A stretch of 64,000 nt of DNA from an uncultured Clostridia bacterium (GCA_963931155.1 OZ006978.1:1498289-1562288), one strand, 5' to 3'; positions 21,501 through 30,575 are shown, counted from the stretch's first letter. The notes: generated from the sequence alone by a model not told the origin. Made by a program: numbers and translations.

Positions 21501-22375
21501 CAGATGGAATAGATATTACAGGATTAGAAATAGAAGATATGGAAGTCACAGAAATAACAAGAAATGTAACACAAAAAGGGATGACAAATATTACAGTAAG
21601 CGCAGTTCCAACAAGATATTATGATACATATAAGCTTATTGGAATTAAATATAAAACTGGGGGTATACAAGAAGAACAAACAAAAGATGTAGAGGCAGAA
21701 GTAAAAGTGCAATTCTATAAGGAAATATATACATATGAAGATTGGCAGTCGATAGAAGACGGAACTTATCAAAATTACAGATTAATGGCAGACATAGATT
21801 TTAATGGCAGAACTAATATAAAGAATAATATAACAGTTAATAGATTAGAAGCTGAAAATAATATTTATACATTAAAAAATATTAACATATCATTTAATAA
21901 AGCTAATACGGGTTTAATAAACAATGTAAAAACAAGTATTAAAAATATAGGATTTGAAAATATTACATTAACAAACACAACGGGTACAGGAAATTATTTT
22001 GGAGTGATAGCAAGTAATAATGGAGAAGTAGAAAGTTTAAAGTTTACCAATATAACAATAAATGCATCTGGTATAAATTATTTAGGTGCTATAGGAGTAA
22101 TGAATTCCGGAAATATTGATAATATAGAAATTAACCATATGACCATAAATGGAAAAGGACAAATAGGAGGACTTTTGGGAAATATTGTTGTATCCGGTGA
22201 TGAACATATAAAAAATGTACAAGGAAATAACATAAATATAACAGGTACAGATATTTATATAGGTGGAATAATTGGTAAACAGACCAGCACCAGACTTGTA
22301 ATAGAAAATATACGGAATAAAAGATTCAAATATAACTGGAAAATCAGATTATGTAGGTGGAATTATAGGAAGTAA
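15596..22375 (+). CDS. Giant surface protein paralog C, N-terminal 2259-aa segment. The tracked ATG lies inside the signal-anchor helix and the 3' end is truncated by a frameshift.
   Basis: Collinear with paralog B residues ~46-2290. The homologous MRK start codon is at 15501 in another frame. The reading frame is lost near 22310. Confidence 0.8.
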   Translation: MLIILVVIYYIFLRYSPEQIITYSGYAIEGKEMVENLKSSDKSKLAPYLGLIAVQENDLIYKKLNSYYIGEDDKKEIDINYPIYINEGNALLNLGENTKLITVNYEEVEGYPDFMMADGVMYNGVDITRADENKYLFLKSEDEIYTNVEPITITTANGEYTIKEFSNIYFAEDHIAYYEMEGMQGKNERNENNEKNNGTEDRTNSEVNNNAESKQKENQGNNKNDNLKDSYLQYKEIKPIDPDSKTKINGETITYKTLLERLDILQTEDNNANNNNEENATNETKEDDVKNTTNEENTTTGETTEQNNNISNNQNTTNTENNNSNKDEDEWQEGMWEKPEVSCTDFESDVYTISTNLSVRDRANVISRGITFELYLDGRLNRRVFATKVGKVEISNLQPSSEYEIKGIFYYTDENGVEQQEEFYNGKVTTESIDTLGTIDFSFQNGEIYSNKIELKNLKINNNIDEEVIKGISRLQIEIGDIAYRLSNNQVNDIKAGKEITYQTSESLTSNSKIKYKITAFDRFGNELKEKNNEGETITSKQMPTASIRPTKQDVTEIEIEVVLNNKDNVKLENYRYEITNPSGDIVKSGALGKNDNGTDGGNSNEGENINDGHKETLKFNDLDPNGYYQIVIYGDYDLEDGTGIKENAELGRGSFVTRPLASLGYMQVKIDDKEITQNSMNLGISIDENQTDARLLAILDKVEVVIYDEGKNLDNGGQQGEEEQSKETEVQCHTFTQEQVSQLKTSEEVELDLQQLNSNTKYRIDVITTVRQGTVEEVVEDKQNIEQLITLKMPAEVQIKNQFVIGTMIDLDMRIEDIDNAVLTNKVRIEVRDKDNKLIDLSEMQTNAEYERKTYEDLTPNEEYRIIVYAPQYNIGSTDETYEADYILKEIKIVTETGISGRLDLIGLEKTPTGKNLIDVSSKVNWYEKCFNTNNKYGLIYNAETKIVTLGGTTWPNHLTYYDLSKYLGQEVTISFKAKSENGKILNIIEKKNDDFNNTDLTTYYWIKDLNKEWQEYSYTTILKTTGYIGFYVDANTLVEIQDLQIELSDKKTDYEEFKYDYNAIVAVTLNDERDEIATNDYYIRIYKNDEQIQEIRYEEIGEDNKVENAEKTYNIEPNANYKIELLVKIGERFYELDSQEFSTEGSSELKGIQNKNDFLKIQPYGQYIVLDNIDLTNNSGIMYRFGNTNLEFEGKIDFNGKTLFKDWSGDNTVPVIYQLGDNGTLENAVLDVKMNNKNSSAFATTSGLVSRNYGNIRNMQINLTESNYNSNNDAWIFSYENHGIIENFVVNFQVPFYLSGLGGIFGYQNYGIIKNGYIYGENIQNINNTNSPSKAAEIVANNAGNGEIENIYTLISIDNVYEKSGYAKNIVYSNVNNATVHNVYSVKIGKNTSLTNGPNIYNGSKKVYNSYYFTDETFTNSSETKGNKLSLWDAEFQNQLINSDKVFVVDELVNEGYYPQIKMPDCMPVQEYIELPEVADSDLPDILSTKVLEQGTNTVKVEFSVNNPSAETIDNIQIENINVDILSQEYSNGKSTVIAELNNPTICVSSYDVLSISTKGAFGSSYTRPYEKGERVINVDLYKEVWNINDWKSINDSPTENYMLMEDLDFVNEGNTIRLEAVHGIINGNDHTISNITLKDISLILNCYGTLENLYIYNFKQETLSSRGLITYANPNALIDNVHVTNSSIIVTGSGRFGGLISSTSGCIIKNSSITDLNINVTAEQDEMYIGGLVGYIYTTSIENCYVQGLNIKDLKGVNAGIGGLVGTGTDANSIINCYAEGKIDSNNLNVGGLIGSTTSINIENCYSKVNISTTNSNIGGIIGSYSLTDLRTITNNISIGNIYTTSGLDALNRIVGNNGELTTNNYAYEKQLLNGYVRADEKGATLLNKEEILNLNLGTKYNYEGKTEGILPKLYNTEGTKILPNQKDILIEDNSLSGATGLEIESIEATKPNTTEAEISIRIKNPDGIDITGLEIEDMEVTEITRNVTQKGMTNITVSAVPTRYYDTYKLIGIKYKTGGIQEEQTKDVEAEVKVQFYKEIYTYEDWQSIEDGTYQNYRLMADIDFNGRTNIKNNITVNRLEAENNIYTLKNINISFNKANTGLINNVKTSIKNIGFENITLTNTTGTGNYFGVIASNNGEVESLKFTNITINASGINYLGAIGVMNSGNIDNIEINHMTINGKGQIGGLLGNIVVSGDEHIKNVQGNNINITGTDIYIGGIIGKQTSTRLVIENIRNKRFKYNWKIRLCRWNYRK

Positions 22376-22380
22376 TTCAT

Positions 22381-25086
22381 ATGGTATTTTACGGATCTTT
22401 TAATTCTGAAAACACTAATGTAACAGGAGTTGCAAATGTAGGAGCAATTTTTGGAGCATGTTATGGTAATGAAAATGCATATATTAGGCATCAGATGCAA
22501 GTTGATTCTTGTACTGTTATAGGAACAGGAAATTATTTAGGCGGAATCTCTGGGTATCATCATGGTGGAAATAATTTAGGATGGAAAGTAATAGATACAA
22601 CAATTAGTGCAAATAATACATCATCTAAAAATGTTGGTGGCCTAGTAGGGTACTTAGGACAAACACCTATTGATCGTATACAAATAGATGGAATTACAAT
22701 AAAAGGAAATGCAACCAATGTGGGCGGAGCTGTAGGGACAAATGATTCTAGAACATGGATTACACTTGGGTATATTACGAATGCTATAATAGAAGGAAAT
22801 TCTAATGTGGGCGGAGTGTATGGTTATTCATCAGCCTCATATATTCATGATTTGTATATTGATGCGGAAATAAAAGCACATAGCAGTAGTGCTGGTGGAG
22901 TAATAGGGTATATGGATAATACCTATATGGAAGAATCAAGAAACATTATACAAATATATAGAGTTGCAGTAGTTAATAGCAATATAGTTGCTGAGTCAAA
23001 AGCTGGTGGTTTAATTGGAGACATTGCTACTAATATATTTAGAAACAAATCATTCTATTATGACAATTATGTTGAAACAAATGTAACAAGTACAAATTCG
23101 TCAACAGGTTCGCTAATAATTGGTGGTAGACCAGATGAAAACGATTACATTGATAATACGTATGTGTATAAATACAGCAAATTAAATAGCAATTACGTTT
23201 ATGCAACAAATGACAATATAAATAATAATCAATACTTAGTAAGAACCGACTTAGACAATCAAAGTACCTATTCAAACAAAATAAATTTAGGAACAACATT
23301 TTGGAGTTATACAAGTTTATCAGAAGGAAAATATCCAAAGATAAATGATGACTATGTATACCATCCAGAATTACAAACAGGAGTAAATTTACCAGTTGAC
23401 CCAGAAATTGCTGATATAAGCTTATTAAGTGAAGGTAATGAGAGTGATACCACAAGTCAAAATGAAGAAACTGATATAAAAATACAAAACAGTACTGTAA
23501 TAGACGCATTACCAAGTTATAAAGTATATCCAATTTCAGTAAATGAAATAAATATAGACTTTAGTGAAGTAATGAATAATTATAAAGTAGAAGAAAATAA
23601 TGGGCAACAAGGAGAACAATTAAGAAGTGCAGATACAAAAACATACTTCACATACTACGTAAACGGAGAGGAAAAAGAAACTATAGAATTAAGTAATACC
23701 ACAAAACAAACATATACGTTCAAATATAATTTTAAAGACACATTAGAAATAAAACTTACAAGAGAAGATAATGTAGATTTAAATAATGTGATGGAAAATA
23801 CTCAAACAAATTTAACCTCAGACGAAAGTGCAAGTACAAAAACTAATATGGAAACAAACGCAGAAACAGGCACAAAAACAAACATATACACAGAAACAAT
23901 AGTAATCAAACCAGAAGATGTAAGAAGTGAAGCAAGTTTAGTTGGAAGAAACAATGCATATATATTAGGCACAAACATATATGTTAATGGAGAATTGCAA
24001 CAAGGAGAATATGTAAATGTATATGAAGGATTAGCTCTAAAAAGTGATGGTACAGTAATAAATATAGCAACAAATGAAATTGTAGAACAAAATGTGGAAA
24101 CAGTATTAGAAGAAAATACAAAACCTTTAGAAACATACAACTACAAAGACTACAGAATAAACACATATGGAACTTACAGCACAGTAAATGGAAATATAAA
24201 ACTTCAAATATACAATGTAAGAAGCGGTAAGTTTTCAGTTTTGTCAAATGGTTTAGATATAAAAATTGGAAATAGCATAATAGATAATTACAATAATAAA
24301 GAATACCAAACAATCCTGTCAACAGAAGGAAATTTAGTGGACTTAAAAGAAATGCTAAAATATCCAGAGAATTTCTTAACAAGGAATATAAAACAAATAG
24401 CACAAAATACAGATGAAGAAAAAACAGAAATGATAGTATTATACAATACTGGAAAAGTAATAGTATTTAACTATGTAACAGGAGAAGTAATTTATGAAAA
24501 CAACGAAAAAGCAGACTCAGGATTAGTAGATTACTTAGAAGGAAGTATTTCTAACATATGGAATAATTATGAAGAAAAACAGCAAGAATATGCAAAGAGT
24601 AAAGAGTTAGAACAAAAGCTTGCAAAATTACCAATAGAAGAAGCGTTAAAGGAAATTATGGATAGTAGCACCGATGATACAAATGGTGTAAGCAGAAATC
24701 CAAATAAGCTAGAAGAAAACAATAATACTGCCAACAAAGATATAGCGCAAGGAACAACAAGTGGAAACGAAGATAGAAACTCAGGCAATAATTCAAATAC
24801 AAGCACAGACAACAGTTACGTTTCAGTTTACAATGCAGAAACAAAAGAATATGAGGTATACAGCGAAAACGAAATACTAAACGAAAGTGGAGAAACACCA
24901 GTATCAGAAACAGAAAAGATAAAACAAAACGGATTAGAAGGAATATATGGATATAATGCAAAAGAAGAAACAAAGCCACAAACAAATGGAGCAATAATAG
25001 TAATAGCAACAATAGTTATAGCAGTAATTGCGTTGGTTATTTTAAGAAAAATTGTTGTAAAAAATAATACAAAAAAGAAAAAATAA
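22381..25086 (+). CDS. Giant surface protein paralog C, C-terminal 901-aa segment
   Basis: Continues the alignment to paralog B (GLUG-like repeats ... STGSLIIGGRPDEN ... KPQTNGAIIVIATIVIAVIALVILRKIVVKNNTKKKK). The last ~520 aa are nearly identical to B. Confidence 0.8.
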   Translation: MVFYGSFNSENTNVTGVANVGAIFGACYGNENAYIRHQMQVDSCTVIGTGNYLGGISGYHHGGNNLGWKVIDTTISANNTSSKNVGGLVGYLGQTPIDRIQIDGITIKGNATNVGGAVGTNDSRTWITLGYITNAIIEGNSNVGGVYGYSSASYIHDLYIDAEIKAHSSSAGGVIGYMDNTYMEESRNIIQIYRVAVVNSNIVAESKAGGLIGDIATNIFRNKSFYYDNYVETNVTSTNSSTGSLIIGGRPDENDYIDNTYVYKYSKLNSNYVYATNDNINNNQYLVRTDLDNQSTYSNKINLGTTFWSYTSLSEGKYPKINDDYVYHPELQTGVNLPVDPEIADISLLSEGNESDTTSQNEETDIKIQNSTVIDALPSYKVYPISVNEINIDFSEVMNNYKVEENNGQQGEQLRSADTKTYFTYYVNGEEKETIELSNTTKQTYTFKYNFKDTLEIKLTREDNVDLNNVMENTQTNLTSDESASTKTNMETNAETGTKTNIYTETIVIKPEDVRSEASLVGRNNAYILGTNIYVNGELQQGEYVNVYEGLALKSDGTVINIATNEIVEQNVETVLEENTKPLETYNYKDYRINTYGTYSTVNGNIKLQIYNVRSGKFSVLSNGLDIKIGNSIIDNYNNKEYQTILSTEGNLVDLKEMLKYPENFLTRNIKQIAQNTDEEKTEMIVLYNTGKVIVFNYVTGEVIYENNEKADSGLVDYLEGSISNIWNNYEEKQQEYAKSKELEQKLAKLPIEEALKEIMDSSTDDTNGVSRNPNKLEENNNTANKDIAQGTTSGNEDRNSGNNSNTSTDNSYVSVYNAETKEYEVYSENEILNESGETPVSETEKIKQNGLEGIYGYNAKEETKPQTNGAIIVIATIVIAVIALVILRKIVVKNNTKKKK

Positions 25087-25115
25087 GGCTAATGAATTTA
25101 AATTTTCTTAACTAA

Positions 25116-25141
25116 AAAGATGCCAGAGATGGCATCTTTTT
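25116..25141 (+). terminator. Rho-independent terminator of paralog C
   Basis: AAAGATGCCA-gaga-TGGCATCTTT followed by TT. Confidence 0.8.
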
Positions 25142-25289
25142 ATGGAGTGGGCAAGATAAAGAACGACCAGGTTTTATTTTGATTTTGGATTTTTTAAAAC
25201 AGAAAAAGTATAAAAAAAGTTTGCCTCTAAATTTAAATTATGATAATATAATAGTGGAATTTTTATAATGAGAAATTTAGGAGGAAACA

Positions 25290-25919
25290 ATGGATAAAAA
25301 TAAAAATAACGGAACAGGAATTATGTTTGGAGCTATTATATTAATGGTAGTTATATTTGCTATTATACTTGTTGTATTTTTTGTAAATGGTGCAAAGAAT
25401 GGTAGCAGAATAGGACAAGTGTATAGCAATAGTTTACAAGAAAATGCGGCAAATGAAGACACAAATGAGATAGATGCTAATAATACTAATAATGTAGAAT
25501 ATGTATCTTTAAATAATGGGCTTGATCAAGGAAATTCTGTAGATATGCCAATTAATGCAGATAATGCTAAAAAATTTGATAAAAGCTATATAGGCAAATA
25601 TACTTGGAAGGATGGAGATAATTCTATATCATTTGAATTATCTGAAGAAAATGGAGAAACAAAATATAGATTGTTATACTATCCAAATGAAGTGGCTCAT
25701 GCAAGTGAGGAATTGTGGGGGGATTGGAGTACTAGTTTAAATATAGTACTTGTGGATAATGAGAATGAAGATGCAATAGCTACATATAGTTTTAATGATA
25801 TTACATATAACGAGAATAAGAGTATAAGTATTTCTATTCAAGTAAGAGATGTTATAAATAAGCAATTAGAAATGTATAAAATACCGGATGGAAAATACAC
25901 ATTTAAAAAAGCAGACTAG
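25290..25919 (+). CDS. Hypothetical membrane-anchored protein
   Basis: RBS AGGAGG is present. N-terminal TM helix (IMFGAIILMVVIFAIILVVFFV). No family recognised. Confidence 0.6.
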   Translation: MDKNKNNGTGIMFGAIILMVVIFAIILVVFFVNGAKNGSRIGQVYSNSLQENAANEDTNEIDANNTNNVEYVSLNNGLDQGNSVDMPINADNAKKFDKSYIGKYTWKDGDNSISFELSEENGETKYRLLYYPNEVAHASEELWGDWSTSLNIVLVDNENEDAIATYSFNDITYNENKSISISIQVRDVINKQLEMYKIPDGKYTFKKAD

Positions 25920-26063
25920 TAGTTGAGAATGGTGAATGAATATTTTATAAATTAATTAAGTAATGGTAGTTTGAAATATGTGCAAAATGATTTTCAAACT
26001 ACTATTAAATTAATTCGCGAAAAAAACAAAGAGTATTATGAGAAAAATATAAGGAGGGAAAAA

Positions 26064-26159
26064 ATGGACAAGGATAAGATGAAAAAAATTTTAGCAATAA
26101 TCTTAGGTGTTATAGTGTTATTCATAATTATAAGGGCTTTAATAATATGGGTAATTTAA
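26064..26159 (+). CDS. Small (31 aa) single-TM protein
   Basis: ATG preceded by AAGGAGGG. The RBS-plus-start string ggagggaaaaaatggacaagga is repeated at the next gene (26237). TM helix is ILAIILGVIVLFIIIRALIIWVI. Confidence 0.4.
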   Translation: MDKDKMKKILAIILGVIVLFIIIRALIIWVI

Positions 26160-26236
26160 TGTGTTGTATCAAAGAAAAAATACGTTCATCGAAGTAAAAA
26201 GAAAGAAACAGTTTATAAATATAATAGGAGGGAAAA

Positions 26237-26878
26237 ATGGACAAGGAAGTAAATGAAGAAATAAAAGAAGAAAAAGCCGAAGATAAAAGCAAAAAAATAA
26301 ATTTATGGAGAAAATTAAAGAAAAATATTAAGCTAATAATTGCATTAATAATTATCCTATGTATAGCTTTATTCATGATTTTTGGTGTTAATAGAAAAGC
26401 AGATGTTGATACTGCACTTCTAACTCAGCTATTAACAAAATCTAGCGAATTAACAACTGCAAAACTTAAGTTGACAGGATTATCAGAATATAATGATGAA
26501 GGAGTATATATTCTAAATAGGTCTGATTTTACAATGTACTTTACAGCAACAGTAAGAGCAGGTATCAACTTAGAAAATGTAAAAATAGAATCAGATTCAA
26601 TACAGAAAAAAATATTTATTACAATACCAGCTGCTGAAATATTTGAGGTTAAGGTAGATCCAGAAAATATTAGATTCTATGATACAGGATTTGCATTATT
26701 TAATGTTGATGAAAAAGAGGATTTAGCAAAGGCATTGTCTCTTACAGAAAAGGATGCAAGGGAACAAGCCGCTGGGACAGGCATATTGGAGCTAGCAAAT
26801 CAACAATCAGAAATTTTAATAAAGGGAATATTGGCTAATGCTATACCTGATGGATATACAATTGAAGTGAAGAAATAG
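26237..26878 (+). CDS. Membrane-anchored protein, DUF4230-like
   Basis: 213 aa. Charged N-terminus, one TM helix, then a soluble domain. The layout resembles DUF4230, but the assignment is from memory. Confidence 0.5.
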   Translation: MDKEVNEEIKEEKAEDKSKKINLWRKLKKNIKLIIALIIILCIALFMIFGVNRKADVDTALLTQLLTKSSELTTAKLKLTGLSEYNDEGVYILNRSDFTMYFTATVRAGINLENVKIESDSIQKKIFITIPAAEIFEVKVDPENIRFYDTGFALFNVDEKEDLAKALSLTEKDAREQAAGTGILELANQQSEILIKGILANAIPDGYTIEVKK

Positions 26879-26962
26879 AAGGTGAGACCATGATTATAGA
26901 CAATAATGGATTAAATGTAGCTGAAAATAATTAAAAATTCCGCAAAAAAGGAGTGATGAGTT

Positions 26963-27148
26963 ATGGCAAAGAGTAAATGGGTATCGTTTTTCCTATGTTT
27001 GTTCTTAGGAATATTTGGAGCACATAAATTCTATGAAGGTAGAATATTGTTTGGAATTATTTACATATTTACAGGAGGCTTATTTGGAGTAGGAGTTATA
27101 GTTGACCTAATTATTCTTATACTAAAACCTAATCCATATTATCCATAG
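26963..27148 (+). CDS. TM2 domain-containing protein
   Basis: FLGIFGAHKFYEGRILFGIIYIFTGGLFGVGVIVDLI is the classic TM2 signature. Confidence 0.8.
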   Translation: MAKSKWVSFFLCLFLGIFGAHKFYEGRILFGIIYIFTGGLFGVGVIVDLIILILKPNPYYP

Positions 27149-27299
27149 TAATTATTTTAAGAAAATTAAAAAGAGCTGGTAAAAATAAGCTATGAAGGAA
27201 AGAGTATATTGTAGCTATATTAAAAATGAGAAATTTGCAAAATATATAGTAAAAAACTAATTTATATGGTAAAATAAAGATAGATTGGAGGAGATATAT

Positions 27300-27467
27300 A
27301 TGAGCGATAAACAATTGATAATAAATACAGTTCAAAATATAGATGATAAAACAAGTTATGAAGAAATATTATATACATTATATATACAATTAGAAATTCG
27401 AAAAGGTATAAAGGATATGGAATCAGGCAATACAAAGACTAGCAATGAAGTAAAGGAAAAGCTTTAA
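27300..27467 (+). CDS. Small hypothetical protein (55 aa), possibly antitoxin-like
   Basis: ATG 27300 is preceded by GGAGGAG. Small, acidic and helical. No partner toxin is evident. Confidence 0.4.
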   Translation: MSDKQLIINTVQNIDDKTSYEEILYTLYIQLEIRKGIKDMESGNTKTSNEVKEKL

Positions 27468-27527
27468 GAAAATTGAAAAGGGATATGAGTAATTAAAGAC
27501 TAGATTGAAAAATCTAGTCTTTAATGT

Positions 27528-29009
27528 TTATAAAATAATGCAAATCAATCCGCCACTGCCTTCATTTACAATACGTTCTAATGTTTCTTGCAATTTTCCT
27601 TGGGCATCTACAGGCATCTTAGCAAGTTTTGCTTGAAGTCCTTCATTTACTAATTCATGTAAGCTTCTTCCAAAAATATTTGATTCCCATATTTTTGTTG
27701 GGTCATCTTCAAAGTTTGAAAGCAAATAATTTACTAATTCTTCAGATTGCTTTTCACTTCCGACAATAGGAGATACTTCAGTTTCTATTTCTGCTTTAAT
27801 CATGTGAACCGATGGGGCACGAGCATGTAGTTTAACACCAAATCTGGTTCCTTGTTTTATAATTTCAGGTTCATCTAATATTAATTCATCAATTGAAGGT
27901 GTTACAATTCCATAACCAGTAGCTTTAACTTCTTCCAATGCATGTGATACTTTATCGTATTCTTTTTTTACATTTGCAAGTTCTGTAATTGTAGCAAATA
28001 GGTCGCCTTCATTAGATATAGAAACACCAGATATTTCTGTAAGTACTTTATAAAATAGTTCGTCATAAAGATTGATAGAAATATTAACAGTACCTTCTCC
28101 AAGCTTAATTTCATCTACTACAGTTTTATCGATAATTTGAGTTTTTTGTAATTGTTGAATACCACCATCTACTTGTTTTAAAACAGAAACATTTTCAAAA
28201 CCAGTCTTTATTTCTGAATATAATTCTTCTTTTAACCAATGAGAAGAATCTAAACCATCAATCCATTTAGGAAAATTAATATTAACCTTTTCAATAGGAA
28301 ACTCATAAAGTATTTTACTAAATATATCTGTTATATCTTCCATATCTAATCTTAAACAATCAGCAGGAATAACAGAAGTTTCATATTTTTCTTCTAATTC
28401 ACGAGCTAAGTTTTTGGTATAATCAGAAAATGGGTCATCAGAATTTAAAACAATAACAAAAGGTTTATGTAATTCTTTTAATTCTTTAACAATTCTTTCT
28501 TCAGCAGAAACGTAATCTTCTCTTGGAATATCAGTAATACTACCATCAGAAGTAACCAAAATACCAATAGTTGAATGTTCTTCTATAACTTTTTTAGTGC
28601 CAATCTCGGCAGCTTGTTCAAAAGGAATCTCCTCATCAAACCATGGTGTCTTAACCATTCTAGGAACGTCATCTTCAAGATAACCAATAGCATTATTTAC
28701 TAAATAGCCAACACAATCAACTAATCTAGTTTTAAGTTTTAAATTATCACCAATAGTGATTTCAACAGCTTCATTAGGAATAAATTTAGGCTCTGTAGTC
28801 ATAATAGTTCTGCCACCAGCACTTTGAGGAAGTTCATCCTGAGCACGTTCCCTTTTATATTCATTATCTATATTAGGAATAACAAGTAAATCCATAAATC
28901 TTTTAATAAAAGTAGATTTACCAGTACGCACAGGACCAACAACACCAATATAAATATCACCTTGAGTTCGATTAGCTATATCTTGATATAATTTTAAATT
29001 TTCATCCAT
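27528..29009 (-). CDS. spoIVA: Stage IV sporulation protein A (spore coat morphogenetic ATPase)
   Basis: GDIYIGVVGPVRTGKSTFIKRFMD Walker A region. The 493-aa length and overall sequence are typical of SpoIVA. Confidence 0.95.
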   Translation of the reverse strand: MDENLKLYQDIANRTQGDIYIGVVGPVRTGKSTFIKRFMDLLVIPNIDNEYKRERAQDELPQSAGGRTIMTTEPKFIPNEAVEITIGDNLKLKTRLVDCVGYLVNNAIGYLEDDVPRMVKTPWFDEEIPFEQAAEIGTKKVIEEHSTIGILVTSDGSITDIPREDYVSAEERIVKELKELHKPFVIVLNSDDPFSDYTKNLARELEEKYETSVIPADCLRLDMEDITDIFSKILYEFPIEKVNINFPKWIDGLDSSHWLKEELYSEIKTGFENVSVLKQVDGGIQQLQKTQIIDKTVVDEIKLGEGTVNISINLYDELFYKVLTEISGVSISNEGDLFATITELANVKKEYDKVSHALEEVKATGYGIVTPSIDELILDEPEIIKQGTRFGVKLHARAPSVHMIKAEIETEVSPIVGSEKQSEELVNYLLSNFEDDPTKIWESNIFGRSLHELVNEGLQAKLAKMPVDAQGKLQETLERIVNEGSGGLICIIL

Positions 29010-29105
29010 TAATTAAATAACCCCCTTAAAAAATGTTTGTACTAAACTTTATTTAATATATATTAAGATATTTTTAACTTATGACAAAAATTTTAAAAAA
29101 TAAAA

Positions 29106-29133
29106 ATGCCATCCAGGCAGACCCCGTTGGCAT
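29106..29133 (-). terminator. REP-like hairpin copy 2, acting as terminator of the DUF402 gene
   Basis: Minus strand reads ATGCCAacggggtctgcctggaTGGCAT followed by TTTTTATTTTTT. Confidence 0.7.
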
Positions 29134-29134
29134 A

Positions 29135-29644
29135 TTAATCTAAATAATTTTCTATATCAAGTTTTATATATTTATTGCTTTTATTTTTTATACTTTCTAT
29201 AAGTGAGTTTTTTGAGCTTATAGCTAAATCATATTGTGCTTTAGTGATGTTTTTTTGATTTAAAGCATCTAATAGTTCGTTTTCATCTAAAACTTCAATA
29301 CTATCATCGGTTCTTAAAACAACATCTAAGTATAAATCATCATAAAAAGGAATTTTAGTTTCTTTGTCCAAACCATTTTCTAAAGTTATATCAAAATAAT
29401 ATAGTAGACGTTCTTTTTTGTTATTAAAAAAGATTCGCATAGTGTATTTTTCGCCTTTAGGTATTACTTCAGCTATATAATAGTTATTATCTATTAAACA
29501 AAAGTCTGTTGTACTAATAAAAGGTTCTTTAATTTTTATAATTTTTTTTATAGCTAGATAATAATCATCAAAATTATAAAATATTTGTAGTTTATATTTT
29601 TCAACATCTTTTAAAAATGTTTTACTTATTAATTTTTTTTTCAT
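29135..29644 (-). CDS. DUF402 (Ntdp/FomD-like nucleoside phosphatase) domain protein
   Basis: YYFDITLENG...FYDDLYLDVVL...VLDENELLDA matches the DUF402 core pattern. Confidence 0.6.
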   Translation of the reverse strand: MKKKLISKTFLKDVEKYKLQIFYNFDDYYLAIKKIIKIKEPFISTTDFCLIDNNYYIAEVIPKGEKYTMRIFFNNKKERLLYYFDITLENGLDKETKIPFYDDLYLDVVLRTDDSIEVLDENELLDALNQKNITKAQYDLAISSKNSLIESIKNKSNKYIKLDIENYLD

Positions 29645-29783
29645 GTGTATTAATTTTCTATGCTATACTTAATAATTTAAAACTAGCATAGCTCCTTTCT
29701 AATTAATTTATATTTCTTATTTAATTTAAGTTATATATGAAAAGTTTTTATATTGCAAATTATTTTAAATAATTAAAGTTATC

Positions 29784-30368
29784 TTATCTAAAGCTTATAT
29801 CTTTCTGAACTTTGGCTGTGCTAGTTCTTTCAGTAGATGTTTCTCGCATAGCTTTGTACTTTTTATATTCAGAGATTACATATAGCATTTCATCTGTGAT
29901 AAATTCACGTTTGGCTTGCTTTGCAACAGGTCTATTTTGATTTAATACATTTTCAATTTCATCGAAAGGAACATAAGCTAAGCTAAAATCTTTTTTGGCT
30001 TCTTTGCTATCTAATTGTCTCTTAGAATAGTCAAAATGTACATCTGTATTTCCTTCCATAAAATATATAGTTGTTAAGTAATTTTTTCCTAAATTATAAT
30101 AATTTTGTTCATATTGTTGTAATTCAAAAAAAGGTGTAAATCTTGATGGGTCTAGTCTAATTCCAGTTTCTTCAAGTAATTCTCTTTGGGCACAAACACC
30201 TAATGTTTCACCATTTTCTATATGACCACCTACAAAATTGTATACTCCGTTTACTCTGCATAATAGTAATTCACCTCTAGAGTTAAACATTAAAATTTTT
30301 ACTCTTTTTTCTTCTTTATCTATGTCGCTATCAGATAAATCATATTTGTTAACTACTACTTTTTTCAT
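29784..30368 (-). CDS. NUDIX hydrolase
   Basis: Nudix box GGHIENGETLGVCAQRELLEETGI (GX5EX7REUXEEXGU). Confidence 0.85.
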   Translation of the reverse strand: MKKVVVNKYDLSDSDIDKEEKRVKILMFNSRGELLLCRVNGVYNFVGGHIENGETLGVCAQRELLEETGIRLDPSRFTPFFELQQYEQNYYNLGKNYLTTIYFMEGNTDVHFDYSKRQLDSKEAKKDFSLAYVPFDEIENVLNQNRPVAKQAKREFITDEMLYVISEYKKYKAMRETSTERTSTAKVQKDISFR

Positions 30369-30575
30369 ATAGACACCTTCCTAAATAAATATTTTTCTAT
30401 TTTATCATATAAAGTGGAAAAAAGTCAATAAAAAGCAAAAATAGCAATGGAAATATATACCAAATGTATTGACATAATTAGAACAAAGTGCTATTCTATA
30501 AATCAGCAAAAGGAGTTAACATACTCCAATATGCTATCCTACTGTTATAATTAGCAAGAAGGAAGGAGTGGCATC

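Noticed and set aside
4893-24812. Dozens of 60-240-aa minus-strand ORFs inside the giant genes (for example 5537..6088, 6306..6887, 17503..18222, 23039..23533)
   Set aside because: They are Leu/Phe/Ser-rich low-complexity translations of the antisense of A-rich codons. They are fully embedded in a well-supported 9.5-kb sense frame and have no RBS or family resemblance.
25971-26063. Upstream extension (TTG start) of the small TM protein ORF
   Set aside because: There is no RBS. The internal ATG at 26064 has AAGGAGGG and duplicates the start context of the neighbouring gene.
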